A stretch of 64,000 nucleotides of DNA from a virus (taxonomy: Duplodnaviria > Caudoviricetes): positions 24,141 to 88,140 of the IMG/VR virus record IMGVR_UViG_3300021511_000252, one strand, 5' to 3'. Positions 17,033 through 29,000 of this stretch are shown here, piece by piece. Each line of letters opens with the position of its first letter. The first letter of the stretch is position 1. Both the position numbers and the translations under genes were made by a program. The notes beneath the pieces were generated by a model, which was given only the letters and a program-made list of their open reading frames with translations, had not been told where the DNA came from and made no database searches.

Positions 17033-18812
17033 TTTTAATTGTAGACCTCCCGTTGTAGCGATTCACTTCTAAAATTTCTCCATACCCTGTTGGTATATTT
17101 TTATTAGAAATAACAAAAACTTTATTTCCTTCTTCGCTAATTTTTTGTAAAAGATTTATTACTCTTTCTCTACCTGTCTTATCTAGACCCGTTAATGGTT
17201 CATCTAAGAAAAGAAATGGGAAATTAGAATCTGCAGAAGAAAATAATACTAACTGGGTAACTAATTCTACTCTGCTCTTTTCTCCTCCGGAATAAGTTCT
17301 AAAGTCCCTCGGAGAAGAACCATCAACCGAAACTAAAACACTTATTTCATCAACAATTTTTTTAGACTTTCGTTCAACCTTTGAATCAAAAATGACACTA
17401 ATGTCATTGTCGCAAAGATCATCCAAGTAAACATTGGAATAACGGTTAAGATTATTAAGAAAATCATCAAATAAATTTCGAATAGTCTTACCGAAAACTG
17501 CTTTTGAAAATTCATTTTTTCTTCTCTTTAATTGTAAAATTCTCAATTTCTTTTCCAAAAGAGACTTTTCCCCTAGAAGCTCTTCTATCTTTTCTTTTAT
17601 ATCTTTAAGCTCTTCAGTTAAGATCTCAAACTTACTTTCTTCCCCCTTTAAAGATCTTAATTTTTCTTCAAAATCTATGCCAGGTTTAGAAGAAAAGGTT
17701 TTAATTTTACAAACAGCCTTCTTTAGAAGGGGTTCTTCTACTTCAATTTTAGTTCGCAACTTGTGAATTTTTTCAGTAAAGAAAATAAGCTTCTTTTTCC
17801 CCTCTTCAAGCTCTCTTTTTACCCCCCGTATTGACTTTAATCTCTTTTCTCTGTCGAGACTTGCCCCGCATTTACTACACCGTACAGTTACTTTGTTTTT
17901 TAAGTCGCCAATTTCTTTTTCGGCCTCCAAAATTTTGGCCATCAGTCTATCTTTTTTTTCGATTTCATTAGCAAGCTTATTCTTTTTTTTCGAAAAACTT
18001 AGTTTCTTTTCATTCATTTCTTGCAAAAGCTTTTCTTCTCTTTCTTTACTTGCTTTTCTTTTTAAAATATTCTTTTCTATTTTAGAAATTTTCAAAGCTA
18101 AATCTTTTGTACTTATACACTCTTTTTTCTTCTTGAAAATCTTTTCTTCCATTTCTCTAAGTAATTCTAATTGCTTATCTACAGCAATCATCTTAGAATC
18201 AGATTCTTGGAAATCTTCTTTAAGTTTCTTAAGGTTATCATTAGAAAGATCTTTAGCTCTCTGAAAGTCAGATAAATCCTGGATATCAATTATAATTTCA
18301 GCTTTTTTTGTATCTGTAACTCGAAGAAATCTTTCTGAATCATCTTGCCCAAAATAATTTCGATTTTTAAAGGTTTTCCAATTAATCCCTAAAACTCTCC
18401 AAATTTCTCTATATGTATCCGCCTTAGTTTTTCTAGAAAGAGAAACTTTCCCTGTTTTAGTTTTCTTAGTAAAGAATAACTTATCTCCATACTTAGGATG
18501 ATTACGGAATTTTTTTATAAGATACTTTTCTTTAGAAATTGTATCTTGAATAAGAAGAGAAGAAACGCACCACTTACCAAATTCTCCAATAAAGCTTTTT
18601 TGAGAATGCCTCCTTATTGTTTTATCAAATAAAAGATCTGCAAATAAATCTCCAATAAGAGACTTTCCGGAACAGTTACTATCCGTTCCAGAAATATCAA
18701 GATTGTTCCCCACAATGAAGATTAAATTTCCTTCTAACTCTCTAAACTTTAAATCTAAATCTTCATATAGAACAAAATTCTTAGCCTTTAATCTAAGAAA
18801 TTCAAATTTCAT
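17025..18812 (-). CDS. sbcC: SbcC/Rad50/gp46-like SMC ATPase
   Basis: Start re-called at MKFEFLRL; N-terminal NCSGKS Walker A, coiled coil with CSKC hook, YSGGE signature, LFLDEP Walker B. Confidence 0.92.
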   Translation of the reverse strand: MKFEFLRLKAKNFVLYEDLDLKFRELEGNLIFIVGNNLDISGTDSNCSGKSLIGDLFADLLFDKTIRRHSQKSFIGEFGKWCVSSLLIQDTISKEKYLIKKFRNHPKYGDKLFFTKKTKTGKVSLSRKTKADTYREIWRVLGINWKTFKNRNYFGQDDSERFLRVTDTKKAEIIIDIQDLSDFQRAKDLSNDNLKKLKEDFQESDSKMIAVDKQLELLREMEEKIFKKKKECISTKDLALKISKIEKNILKRKASKEREEKLLQEMNEKKLSFSKKKNKLANEIEKKDRLMAKILEAEKEIGDLKNKVTVRCSKCGASLDREKRLKSIRGVKRELEEGKKKLIFFTEKIHKLRTKIEVEEPLLKKAVCKIKTFSSKPGIDFEEKLRSLKGEESKFEILTEELKDIKEKIEELLGEKSLLEKKLRILQLKRRKNEFSKAVFGKTIRNLFDDFLNNLNRYSNVYLDDLCDNDISVIFDSKVERKSKKIVDEISVLVSVDGSSPRDFRTYSGGEKSRVELVTQLVLFSSADSNFPFLFLDEPLTGLDKTGRERVINLLQKISEEGNKVFVISNKNIPTGYGEILEVNRYNGRSTIKNA

Positions 18813-18993
18813 CCCGCTCCTCTTTTTCTCTTCTTGCCATTTCAGATTTATAAGCCATATAAGCTTTCTTAGCACACCCATCATGTAGAAGAACTGTACT
18901 AGAAGGAGAAACTTTAATAGGAACACCAGTCTCTTCTCTAGGAACAATATTTTCACAAATAACACAAAATCTATCTGAAGTTACTTCAGCCAT
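18802..18993 (-). CDS. Small zinc-binding hypothetical protein
   Basis: MAEVTSDRFCVICE...LHDGCA; GAGGG RBS. Confidence 0.65.
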   Translation of the reverse strand: MAEVTSDRFCVICENIVPREETGVPIKVSPSSTVLLHDGCAKKAYMAYKSEMARREKEERDEI

Positions 18994-18994
18994 A

Positions 18995-20059
18995 TCATTT
19001 CCCTCCCTTAACTTTTTCATATATATCAAGAGTATGTTCGTAAAATTTCTTTCGCCTTTTCTCTTCTAATTTAAAATCTCTCATAGTAGAAAGCAAAGCC
19101 TTTCTTTTATTTACAGAAGAATAATTAGCTTTCTTCTCTTCTATTAAGAAAGTCCTTTTAAGTCTAGGCTGAACAAGATAATAAGGGTTGCATTTTAAAA
19201 CATCCTTAAGGAATTTAAGATTGTCTTCTTCAGAAACTTTTTCTGTATCTACTATTGGTTTAACAATAGACCCAGAAATTTCTTCTGGGTCTATCTTGTA
19301 ATTATCAATCAAAGTAAATCTTGGAGAAAATGTATTTTCAATACGGTGAGCCTTTAAAGTTGGAAGAGTTATAATTAGCCCACCGGGAATTGTATCTACT
19401 TCATCCATTCTTGTTTGGTGAATTGATCCTGCATAAAAACAGTTATCTGTAATCCATTGAAATTTATGATGATGACCTAAAATTATTAAATCATAATGTT
19501 CAGAAAGTCTTTCTATATCTTCTTTCTTAACCCCTATAATAGACTTTGTAGAACCATGTAATGTGCCTTTAACTCCAACATGCCCCACTAAAATAGAGAA
19601 CATTGTTTTCTTTTTCTGCCCTGCGGCTAAAAAAGCATTCTTTAAAAATTTTTCATGAGAACAATAATTAATTGTATCAAAAGTAATATTATCAAACTGA
19701 AAACTTTTAAAGATTTTAGAATTATAATGAATATTTGAATTAAGAACTTGGCCACTCAAAAAAGAAAGGATGCTTGTATTTCCATCTAAATCATGATTGC
19801 CTGAAATGAAAATAGTAGGAATACCACTTCTGATAATATGATTTATTAAATAAAGAAGGAGATCTAAATCATCTGAATTGAGAAAGGCACTATGGCATAT
19901 ATCTCCAGGAAGAACAAGATAATCAATTTGATTTTTATGCACATAAGAAAAGAAATGAGCGAGATACTTCTTTAATTTATCCTTTCTAGAAAGATCTCCC
20001 GATACTGTATAGGGAAGTGAATTGGTTAAATGTAAATCACTAAGAATAGCAAGAAGCAT
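18995..20059 (-). CDS. sbcD: SbcD/Mre11/gp47-like metallophosphoesterase nuclease
   Basis: SDLHL, PGDI, SGNHD, GH, LGHHH motifs. Confidence 0.92.
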   Translation of the reverse strand: MLLAILSDLHLTNSLPYTVSGDLSRKDKLKKYLAHFFSYVHKNQIDYLVLPGDICHSAFLNSDDLDLLLYLINHIIRSGIPTIFISGNHDLDGNTSILSFLSGQVLNSNIHYNSKIFKSFQFDNITFDTINYCSHEKFLKNAFLAAGQKKKTMFSILVGHVGVKGTLHGSTKSIIGVKKEDIERLSEHYDLIILGHHHKFQWITDNCFYAGSIHQTRMDEVDTIPGGLIITLPTLKAHRIENTFSPRFTLIDNYKIDPEEISGSIVKPIVDTEKVSEEDNLKFLKDVLKCNPYYLVQPRLKRTFLIEEKKANYSSVNKRKALLSTMRDFKLEEKRRKKFYEHTLDIYEKVKGGK

Positions 20060-20060
20060 T

Positions 20061-20264
20061 TCAGTTGATTTCCTTTGGAAGTGGAATAGGACCGGCCCAC
20101 CATCCTCCTTGGGGCAAGGCCATAGAAGTTTGATTTTGCCAATAATAATTAAGACCTTCCTCTACTTCACAAAAAAATATTTCCCACAAATGAGAACTGT
20201 ATCTCTTTGATCTTCTATACCAATACCACCCATCTTCTTTAGGTTTATCTTTCACCCATTTCAT
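20061..20264 (-). CDS. Small Trp-rich phage protein
   Basis: W..DKP.EDGWYW...WWAGPIPLP pattern. Confidence 0.7.
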   Translation of the reverse strand: MKWVKDKPKEDGWYWYRRSKRYSSHLWEIFFCEVEEGLNYYWQNQTSMALPQGGWWAGPIPLPKEIN

Positions 20265-20274
20265 AATTTTCTCC

Positions 20275-21324
20275 CTATAAATATTTCCTTATTAACTTCT
20301 TAGACTCCGGAAACTCTTTAATAAATGGAGCAAAACCTTCAGCCCCCTGCCACTTTAATTCGCGATTTTCTTTAAAATGAAACCAAGCTCCCTTCTTAAC
20401 AATTAACTTTTTACCTATAAGGTAATCTAAAATAGCAAAAGATCTATTGAACCCCTTGCCATTAATAATCTTAAACCGAACTTCTTTATGTGGAGGATAA
20501 AGCTTATTTTTAGAAGTTTTAACTATTCCGAAATGACCTATGATTCTTTTCTTACTATTTTGAATTGCTTTCGTTCTATAAAAGCTTAAACAAATTGAAT
20601 CATGATAATCAAAAGCAGATCCTCCAATATTAGTATCAGGACTCCCCCAGCGAATTCCTATTTTTGATTTCGTTTGGTGGCTAAGGATAAGTATGGCTTT
20701 AGCTTTAGACAAAAGACCAGTTAGCTTACGGCACGCCATAGAAGCTATTCTTGCATGTTCTCCAAGAGCTTTTCCCGAAGAAGAAAAATCTCCATCTAAC
20801 TCTGCCGCAGGAGAAAACCCCGAAAAAGAATCCATAATAATAACAAACGGAGCTCTATTTTCATTAACATGACGAGCCTTTTCACAGATATTTAGAGCCG
20901 TACGAGCAGTATCAAAAGCCTCTTCTAAAGTATCTGGCTGAGTGATGAAAAATTCATCAACAGAAGGGCAAATCTTTCTAGCGTATTTTACATCTAAAGC
21001 TCTTTCCGATTCTATAATGTGAGCCGCCCCTCCTCTTTTAACAGCTTGTTCTGCAATTCTTAAAAGAAAGGTTGTTTTTCCCACACTCGGTTTAGCTTTT
21101 ACAGAAATAATTCTTCCAACAGGCAAACCCCATTCACCATCTTCTGACAAACAAAGTATTCTGTCAAGATTAGGCAGTCCCGTTGGAAGAACATTTCTAA
21201 CCATTAAGGGGGTAAAATCATCTCCAAGCATTAACGTGTCTACCCCCTTAGTTTTATTAATCGTGTCTTTCATGATAAAAGACAGATTTTTTTCTGCAAC
21301 ATCTTCCTTTTTCTTTTTCCCCAT
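20275..21324 (-). CDS. recA: RecA/UvsX recombinase
   Basis: LPVGRIISV, PSVGKTT, IESERALD, IMDSFS, SHQ, GG.AFDYHDS, KNKLYPP. Confidence 0.95.
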   Translation of the reverse strand: MGKKKKEDVAEKNLSFIMKDTINKTKGVDTLMLGDDFTPLMVRNVLPTGLPNLDRILCLSEDGEWGLPVGRIISVKAKPSVGKTTFLLRIAEQAVKRGGAAHIIESERALDVKYARKICPSVDEFFITQPDTLEEAFDTARTALNICEKARHVNENRAPFVIIMDSFSGFSPAAELDGDFSSSGKALGEHARIASMACRKLTGLLSKAKAILILSHQTKSKIGIRWGSPDTNIGGSAFDYHDSICLSFYRTKAIQNSKKRIIGHFGIVKTSKNKLYPPHKEVRFKIINGKGFNRSFAILDYLIGKKLIVKKGAWFHFKENRELKWQGAEGFAPFIKEFPESKKLIRKYL

Positions 21325-21335
21325 TTTAATCTCAC

Positions 21336-22541
<1,206 letters not shown>

Positions 22542-22599
22542 AAAAGGTTAATATTTTAAATAAATATACTATTTTCTTGTATAAGACTTCTGCAAATTT

Positions 22600-23166
22600 T
22601 TAACCTTCTCTCCTTCTTTCATCTAGAGGAATAACTTCCTTTCTAGAAATCCCCCTAATACTATCAGAAGGGACATTACGTATATCACTACTTCTTGACA
22701 TAATAGCTATAGACTTTTCTCTTAACGCATCATATAATAGACTCGCCCTAAGAGCTTTTTCCTTAGCTTTACTAACTTCTAATTGGGCCTCTAACCATTT
22801 TGGATACCTTCGAATAACATTCTCTATTCTTTTTTCTCCAATTACCCCTTTATTTCTAACTTGTTTATCAAGTTCTGCTTCAACCTGTTTTCTTATCGCA
22901 TCTTTATCTCTTACCTCTTTCTCTAAAAGAGAAACGATAGACCCAAAATACCCCATTATAGCAGGAATTCTTTCTACTAAAGAATGGACATCTTCTTCCT
23001 CATTAAATAATAATTCTCCGCCTATATCAACTTCATAAACCCTCCCCTTTAACTTAAACTTTACACTTGTAAGATTATTAAAGAGATGAGCGGAAGCAGA
23101 AGAAACTTTCTTCTTAGTTTTCTTTTTTTTCTTCTTTGATTCTTTAGCGACCATAATATCTATCAC
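22600..23166 (-). CDS. UvsY-like recombination mediator
   Basis: Helical protein with T4 UvsY-like pattern (EKRIENVI...LYDALREKS..I); upstream of the SSB gene. Confidence 0.6.
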   Translation of the reverse strand: MIDIMVAKESKKKKKKTKKKVSSASAHLFNNLTSVKFKLKGRVYEVDIGGELLFNEEEDVHSLVERIPAIMGYFGSIVSLLEKEVRDKDAIRKQVEAELDKQVRNKGVIGEKRIENVIRRYPKWLEAQLEVSKAKEKALRASLLYDALREKSIAIMSRSSDIRNVPSDSIRGISRKEVIPLDERRREG

Positions 23167-23177
23167 CTTAAAGAAAA

Positions 23178-23216
23178 GTATAGCGAGAGAATAAAACTCC
23201 TCTCGCTATACAAAAA
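23178..23216 (-). terminator. Rho-independent terminator after the HU gene
   Basis: Perfect 12-bp stem GTATAGCGAGAG/CTCTCGCTATAC flanked by A/T runs. Confidence 0.85.
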
Positions 23217-23225
23217 TTACCTATT

Positions 23226-23609
23226 CTATTTCTTCTTCTTTTTCTTACTTTTAGGCTTCGCCTTTTTCTTTGCTTTCTTAGCCCCTCCAACAATGGAAGG
23301 ATCTACATCAGCAAGCTGAGCCTTCAAAGTTGAAGAAGGACGAAATTTAACAGCCACTTTTTCTGGAATTTCAATACTCTCTCCAGAATGTGGATTCCTG
23401 CCCGTTCTAGCTCCTTGAACAACAGCTTCAAACTTACCAAACTTAGGAACTGCGATACTTTCTCCACTGACAAGTGCTTGTGTAGAAATATCAAATACAC
23501 TCTTGACAATTTCATAAACACCACTTTTCGTTAGAGCAGGAACTCCAGAATCTTCATCTTGATCAATTCTGAGATGAACTTCCTTCGCCAATTCAGCCAA
23601 AGATACCAT
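23226..23609 (-). CDS. hup: HU/IHF-family DNA-binding protein with Lys-rich tail
   Basis: IAVPKFGKF....ARTGRNPHSGESIEIPEK..VKFRPSSTLK. Confidence 0.95.
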   Translation of the reverse strand: MVSLAELAKEVHLRIDQDEDSGVPALTKSGVYEIVKSVFDISTQALVSGESIAVPKFGKFEAVVQGARTGRNPHSGESIEIPEKVAVKFRPSSTLKAQLADVDPSIVGGAKKAKKKAKPKSKKKKKK

Positions 23610-23644
23610 TTTTCTTACCTCCTTTCTCTTAGATTTACTACGCC

Positions 23645-24223
23645 CTACAAGCCAACCTTATTAACTATTTCATTAACAACTTTTAAGACACTGGGAATAT
23701 TAAATTCCCTTCGGATGATATTTAGGGCATTCAAATAAATTCCGCGAAAAGCTTGATTCCCTATTTCAATTTCAGTTACAGCATATATGAGAATTTCAAA
23801 TTTATCCATACAAGCAACCAACTGACCTTCTGGGGAATCATCCTTCGCTGTCAACCAAGCTTCTTTTAATTTCAACCCTGTAATTTCAGGAAGCTCTTCG
23901 AAAATTTTCTCCTTAACACATTTTTCCCGAATATAATCAAGCCTTTCTTTAAAATCAGGATTTTCGTCATGTAAGGGATACAATATATCTCCCGTTTCAC
24001 ACTCTTCTAAGTCATGAACCAAAGCTTTTTGAAGAACAAGCTCTAAATTATAATAATAACCTTCAAGCCTTTCATTTTCTAAGTGAGCAAAGACCATAGC
24101 GTACAAAGCCAGATAAAAAGAATGTTGAGCAACAGAATAAGGCTTTATATGGGGAAGATTACTGCATCTATCTATATAACGTAATTTTTGAACTCGATCA
24201 AAGAAATCAAATTTTTCTTCCAA
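23645..24223 (-). CDS. HD-domain 5'-deoxynucleotidase (YfbR-like)
   Basis: LRYIDRC..YSVAQHSF, ALVHDLEECETGDI, DKFE motifs. Confidence 0.85.
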   Translation of the reverse strand: MEEKFDFFDRVQKLRYIDRCSNLPHIKPYSVAQHSFYLALYAMVFAHLENERLEGYYYNLELVLQKALVHDLEECETGDILYPLHDENPDFKERLDYIREKCVKEKIFEELPEITGLKLKEAWLTAKDDSPEGQLVACMDKFEILIYAVTEIEIGNQAFRGIYLNALNIIRREFNIPSVLKVVNEIVNKVGL

Positions 24224-24665
24224 TTTTTTTTACCCCCTGCTTTCTCACTTTAATTTTATATTTTCGTAACAACTTACAAATAAGAGGCTGGGAAATATGT
24301 AAAAGGTCACTTATTTCATGTGAAGTTAAAAAGTATTTTTCATAATATATATAAAGAGCACACCATGGAAAAACAAACGGAGTATGTTCTCTAACCCTTG
24401 CTTCTACATCTACTCTTCTTTTCTTCTTAGGAGCAATTCCGGGAAGTGTTCCTTTTGCCCTCGGAGGAAACCCTCTTTTAAGTAACGAGGTTCTCATCTT
24501 AGTAGTAGAAATGTTAATTATCTCCCCACTACGTTTTAAAGAAAGCTTCTTATCATAATAACAAATAAAAGCAAAAGATGTAAAGTTTCTAAACCCCGCT
24601 TCTTTAGCCTTAACTTCTTCATCTACTTGATTAAGAGGCCACTTTTTCTGTTGTAAATGGGTCAA
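24207..24665 (-). CDS. Tandem-HTH hypothetical protein
   Basis: Two HTH-like segments (LSLKRSGEIINIS; LTSHEISDLLHISQPLI); architecture like 56791-57192. Confidence 0.55.
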   Translation of the reverse strand: MTHLQQKKWPLNQVDEEVKAKEAGFRNFTSFAFICYYDKKLSLKRSGEIINISTTKMRTSLLKRGFPPRAKGTLPGIAPKKKRRVDVEARVREHTPFVFPWCALYIYYEKYFLTSHEISDLLHISQPLICKLLRKYKIKVRKQGVKKIGRKI

Positions 24666-25011
24666 AGTTATACACCTTAGCTCTTCGATTTAAATCTCTT
24701 GCATACTTATTCTGCCTTTTGATAATTTCATCTCTTTTTTTTAGTCTTCGTTTTTCTTCTGCTGGAATTCCCCCTTCATCTATTATTTTCCCAAGGGTAA
24801 GATCATCAGTTTCATATCCTGACTTGCCTGTAGTTTCTAGAACTTTTGATCCAATCTTAAAAGAAGAAATAATTTTTCGGGCACTATACGTTCCACACTT
24901 ATTACAATATACCCGTTTCCGGCTTAAAGCTTTCCAATCCTCCGAAGAGACTTTTTCCAACTTTTCAAACTTTAATTTGCAATATTCACAGTAATATTCA
25001 TATAATGGCAT
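24631..25011 (-). CDS. FmdB-family zinc-ribbon protein
   Basis: MPLYEYYCEYC...FE ... CNKCG....RKIIS. Confidence 0.85.
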   Translation of the reverse strand: MPLYEYYCEYCKLKFEKLEKVSSEDWKALSRKRVYCNKCGTYSARKIISSFKIGSKVLETTGKSGYETDDLTLGKIIDEGGIPAEEKRRLKKRDEIIKRQNKYARDLNRRAKVYNFDPFTTEKVAS

Positions 25012-25073
25012 ATTTAGCCCCTTTTATAGATCGCTAATCTCAAAAAATCGCCCCCAAAAATTTTGGAGTCAGC

Positions 25074-25472
25074 CTATCCCCTCTCTCGGTTTTGTCCCTT
25101 GTTAAATTTCTTCTTTCTGAGCTTAGAACGATTTACTTTCGATATATCTAAAGAAATTCCATAAGGAATCTTCTTTTTTAAATCCCCTGTTCTTATTTCA
25201 GAAATTCTAGCTATAAATTTATACTTCGGCCATAGATCTGCTAAAAAAGCTGCAAGTTCTGCCCTTACATACCCTATTTTTTGATCTTTCTTTTTCCTCT
25301 TAACCATTACGGCTACTGCATTTTTATCAAATCTATTGTTTGGTTCTCTCTTAAGATAAACTTTTTCCTTCCCAGATAGACTAGAGATAATTTCTTGTCG
25401 ATCAAAAGGAAGATCTTCATTTCTAAAAGTTACTCCCTTAACAGTAATTTCCATACTAATCTCCAATCTCAA
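25074..25472 (-). CDS. Stand-alone HIRAN-domain protein
   Basis: VKGVTFRN, LKREPNNRFDKNAVAV, KIGYV.AELA. Confidence 0.9.
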   Translation of the reverse strand: MRLEISMEITVKGVTFRNEDLPFDRQEIISSLSGKEKVYLKREPNNRFDKNAVAVMVKRKKKDQKIGYVRAELAAFLADLWPKYKFIARISEIRTGDLKKKIPYGISLDISKVNRSKLRKKKFNKGQNRERG

Positions 25473-26046
25473 ATGATTTTCTTATTTGCCTTAAAGACAT
25501 AAACTCAGGTAAAATTTTTTCTGGTTCCATTACAGAAAGTAAAGGATCTCTAACCTCTTTGGATTTATATAATAAAATATCTAACCTTAAACCTGCCCCA
25601 TCAGAAATTGCCCCTAGAAGATCAAACTTTGAAAAATTTTCTTTTATAATTCGAGAGTGTTCTTTAGGGAGATATCCAATATCTGCACGAACCATTCCTG
25701 TATCTACAAAAACTGCAATCGCATTAGAGTCATACTTATTATTTGGTTCCGGAATTAACTTTAAGTATTTTTCCATATATTTTTTTCTTGCAGGAATTGC
25801 ATCTTTATCAAGTAATTGAATGATTTCATACCGACAATCTGGTTCCCCAAGGATTACATCTTTCCCATGAACTCTAACAAAATCAGCAATTATTCTTCTT
25901 CGAGAAAAATCTCTAACAAGTTCACTTTTAAAATTAACCCCTACAATTTTTGGATTATAATAATAAATTCCTTCATACCCGAAAAGAGAACGAGTTAAAA
26001 AGACCTCTCTATCGGTTCGTTTAGCTCTCATAGAACTACAATCCAA
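25456..26046 (-). CDS. HIRAN-domain protein with insertion
   Basis: IVGVNF ... LIPEPNNKYDSNAIAV ... IGYLPK. Confidence 0.85.
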   Translation of the reverse strand: MDCSSMRAKRTDREVFLTRSLFGYEGIYYYNPKIVGVNFKSELVRDFSRRRIIADFVRVHGKDVILGEPDCRYEIIQLLDKDAIPARKKYMEKYLKLIPEPNNKYDSNAIAVFVDTGMVRADIGYLPKEHSRIIKENFSKFDLLGAISDGAGLRLDILLYKSKEVRDPLLSVMEPEKILPEFMSLRQIRKSFEIGD

Positions 26047-29000
26047 TGCCCTGGCTCCAAAACTTTATTCTTCCTTCTTCTATCAGCACTTACTGCGATT
26101 GAAGACTCTTTATTCCAAACATTTTTCTTTCCAGAAACAATAATCATACTCCCCACATCAAATTCTAAATTTTCTTCTATTAATTCTAGACTCTCTGGAA
26201 ACAAAATTACCTTCTGTTCTCCATCTTTATTTTTAATGTGAATATAACACATTAGAGTATCCCGAACAGTCTTTCGAAAAATTTTCTTCGTGACTTTGCC
26301 ATAAGTTCTAAGAGGCCCATTCTGCCTAAGCCTTTCAAACTCTTTTAGAGAAGTAAAAGGTTTATACTCTTCTATCTGATCTTTATATAAGCTTTCTAAA
26401 GGATAAGTCTCAAACCCATACAGATTTTCTCGAGCCAAAAGGAAATTTTCTTTAGAAGAAAAAGCTAAGGGCATTTCTTTTTCAAGTTCTTTCTTTCCTT
26501 TGATTGCTCTGTATTCTAAAAGAACATCTTTTGCTTTTCCGAATTCCTTAAACACTCCCGCTATAGCTAATGATTCTACAATTCTACTATTACATGCCCT
26601 TCTGTTGATTCGATTATAAAAGTCTTCTATAGAATCATACGGAGCATTTTCAATAATAGTAGCCGAAGCTTTTTCCCCTAAATGTTTTATTGCGGTAATA
26701 GGCCACTCTATACGTGTCCTACATGGCTCGAAAATAGCTTTTGGGTGGTTTATATTAGGTAAGTTAAATTTGATACCGTAATGGCTTTCTGCGATCATTT
26801 TTGCATTAGAAATTTTATCATGAGGAAGGTATCGAAGATGACAAGCAAAAAATTCTACAGGATAATGTACTTTAAGATACTGGCAAATATATCCGAGAAG
26901 AGCATAACTAGAAGCATGACCTCTTGGAAACAAATAGCTACCAGCTTGAGAAAACTTCTTCCAAATCTGTTCAGCAACCTCTTCTATATCTTCCTCGCCA
27001 GACCACTTTTTCATTGCTCCTTCAATAAATTTCTTTTTGTAGCTCTTAAATACTTTAGGATTTTTTCCTTTAATAATCTTCCGAAGAGCATCAGCCTTTT
27101 TAGGGTGCATACCTGCAAATTCACTTGCTGTCCTTAAAATATGCTCACTAAAAACAAGAACTCCAAGGGAATCATTTAAAATATTCTTTAAAGAGTGATG
27201 ATCATATTTAACAAGAGAGGGATCTTTCTTTCTTTTAGAAAAAGATTTATCAGCATTTGCAGACAAGGCTCCTGGGCGAGCAAGAGCATTGATGACAATA
27301 AGATCATTAAATTCAGTTATGTTCACCATATCTACAATCTTCTTAGCAGAACCTCCACTAAACTGAAAGACCCCAAAGACCTCCCCTTCATTAAACTTAT
27401 TAAAGGTTGCTTCATCTTCTAAATCTAATTCATAAAGGTTTATTTCTTCCCCTTTTGTTTTCTTTACAAGGTCAATAACTTCAGAAACAACAGAAAGGGT
27501 TCTTACCCCTAAAATGTCAAGAACCATTACTCCAATTTCATTTAAGTCTTCTCTACTCGTATGGGAATTTTCCCATACTGTAGAAATAATCCTTTCGCTT
27601 TTCTTTGCAGGGTTTACTTGTGTTCTAATAGGAAGAAGCTCATCTACTTTTCCAGGAGTAAGAACTACTCCTGCAGGATGTAAAGATGAATTCCTTACAT
27701 TTCCAACGAGAGGAGAAATAAATGTATCTACAGCTCTTGAATTGCCATTACACCATTCATCGAAAAATTCATACTTCTCCCTTGCACTCTCTAAAGATAG
27801 TCCATCTTCCATTCCAGAAGTTATCTTATTTATAATTCCAAATTGATAACCTTTTTGGAGATTAAATATTCTATTTGCTTCTTTCTTATCTTCTTCTAAA
27901 AGAGCATCTTTTCTTTCAACTTCTAATCGATCTTTAAGGACTCTAGTAACATCTTTAATAGCTCCCTTCAATTGCATTCGATTATAAGTCCCTACAGATA
28001 CAACTCGATCTTCTCCATACTTTTCTCTTAAATAGCTAATAGCTTTACTTCTAAATTCTGAGCGAACATCAATATCTATATCAACATCATTAAGGGATCG
28101 ATACTTACTAATAAACCTTTCAAACATAATACTATGTTTTATAGGATCTATTAACCCGAATCCAAAGATAAAAGCAATAAGACTACCATTAGCTGACCCC
28201 CTAATGAGAGAAAAAGCACCTTCGTTTCTTACATAATTCAGAAGATCATCACATATAAGAAAATAATCTACCGCCCCAAGACTAACAAGGGTCTTATATT
28301 CATAGATAATTCTTTTTCTATAAATAGAATTTTCAAATTGCTTCTTACTAAGTATTTTCTTGGCTCGATAAAGAAGCATTTCTTTAAAGAACTTATCTTT
28401 ATTTCCAATTGGAAATTTTTTATACAAAAAATGAGTAGTATGGTCATAGGTAGGAAAATAAAGATTTCCAGTAGGAATCTGATAAGTGCATTCTTCTGCA
28501 ATCTTAAGACAATTATCTATAGCAGATCTAAATATCTTCTTAGGAATAGATCTTCTTTGGTCTCTTATGTCTTCCCATTCTTTTAAAGATTTTAGATAAT
28601 TCTCGGGAGCATCGTATGCAAAGCCCCCCTTAGTAGCCATTTCCATTACTAATCTTTGGACACTATGTTCTCCTTTATGTACGAAATGAACATCATTAGT
28701 AACTACAAAGGGAATATTAAGTTTCTTACCTAACTGAATCAAATGCTTATTAACTACATCTTGATCAGAATAATCCACTAACTGAAGTTCTAAATAAAAA
28801 TTTTCTCCAAATTCTTCTTTCATCCTTTTAGCTACTTTTAGAGCTGTTTTGGGTTTCTTATTTAAAAGAAGCTCAGGGATGATCCCTTTAGTACATGCAG
28901 AAGTGCATACAATTCCCTCTTTGTGTTTAAATAGTTCAGAAAAATCTAATCTTGCATTATAATAGAACCCCTTTGTCCACGCAAAATTATTCAAAGCGAT

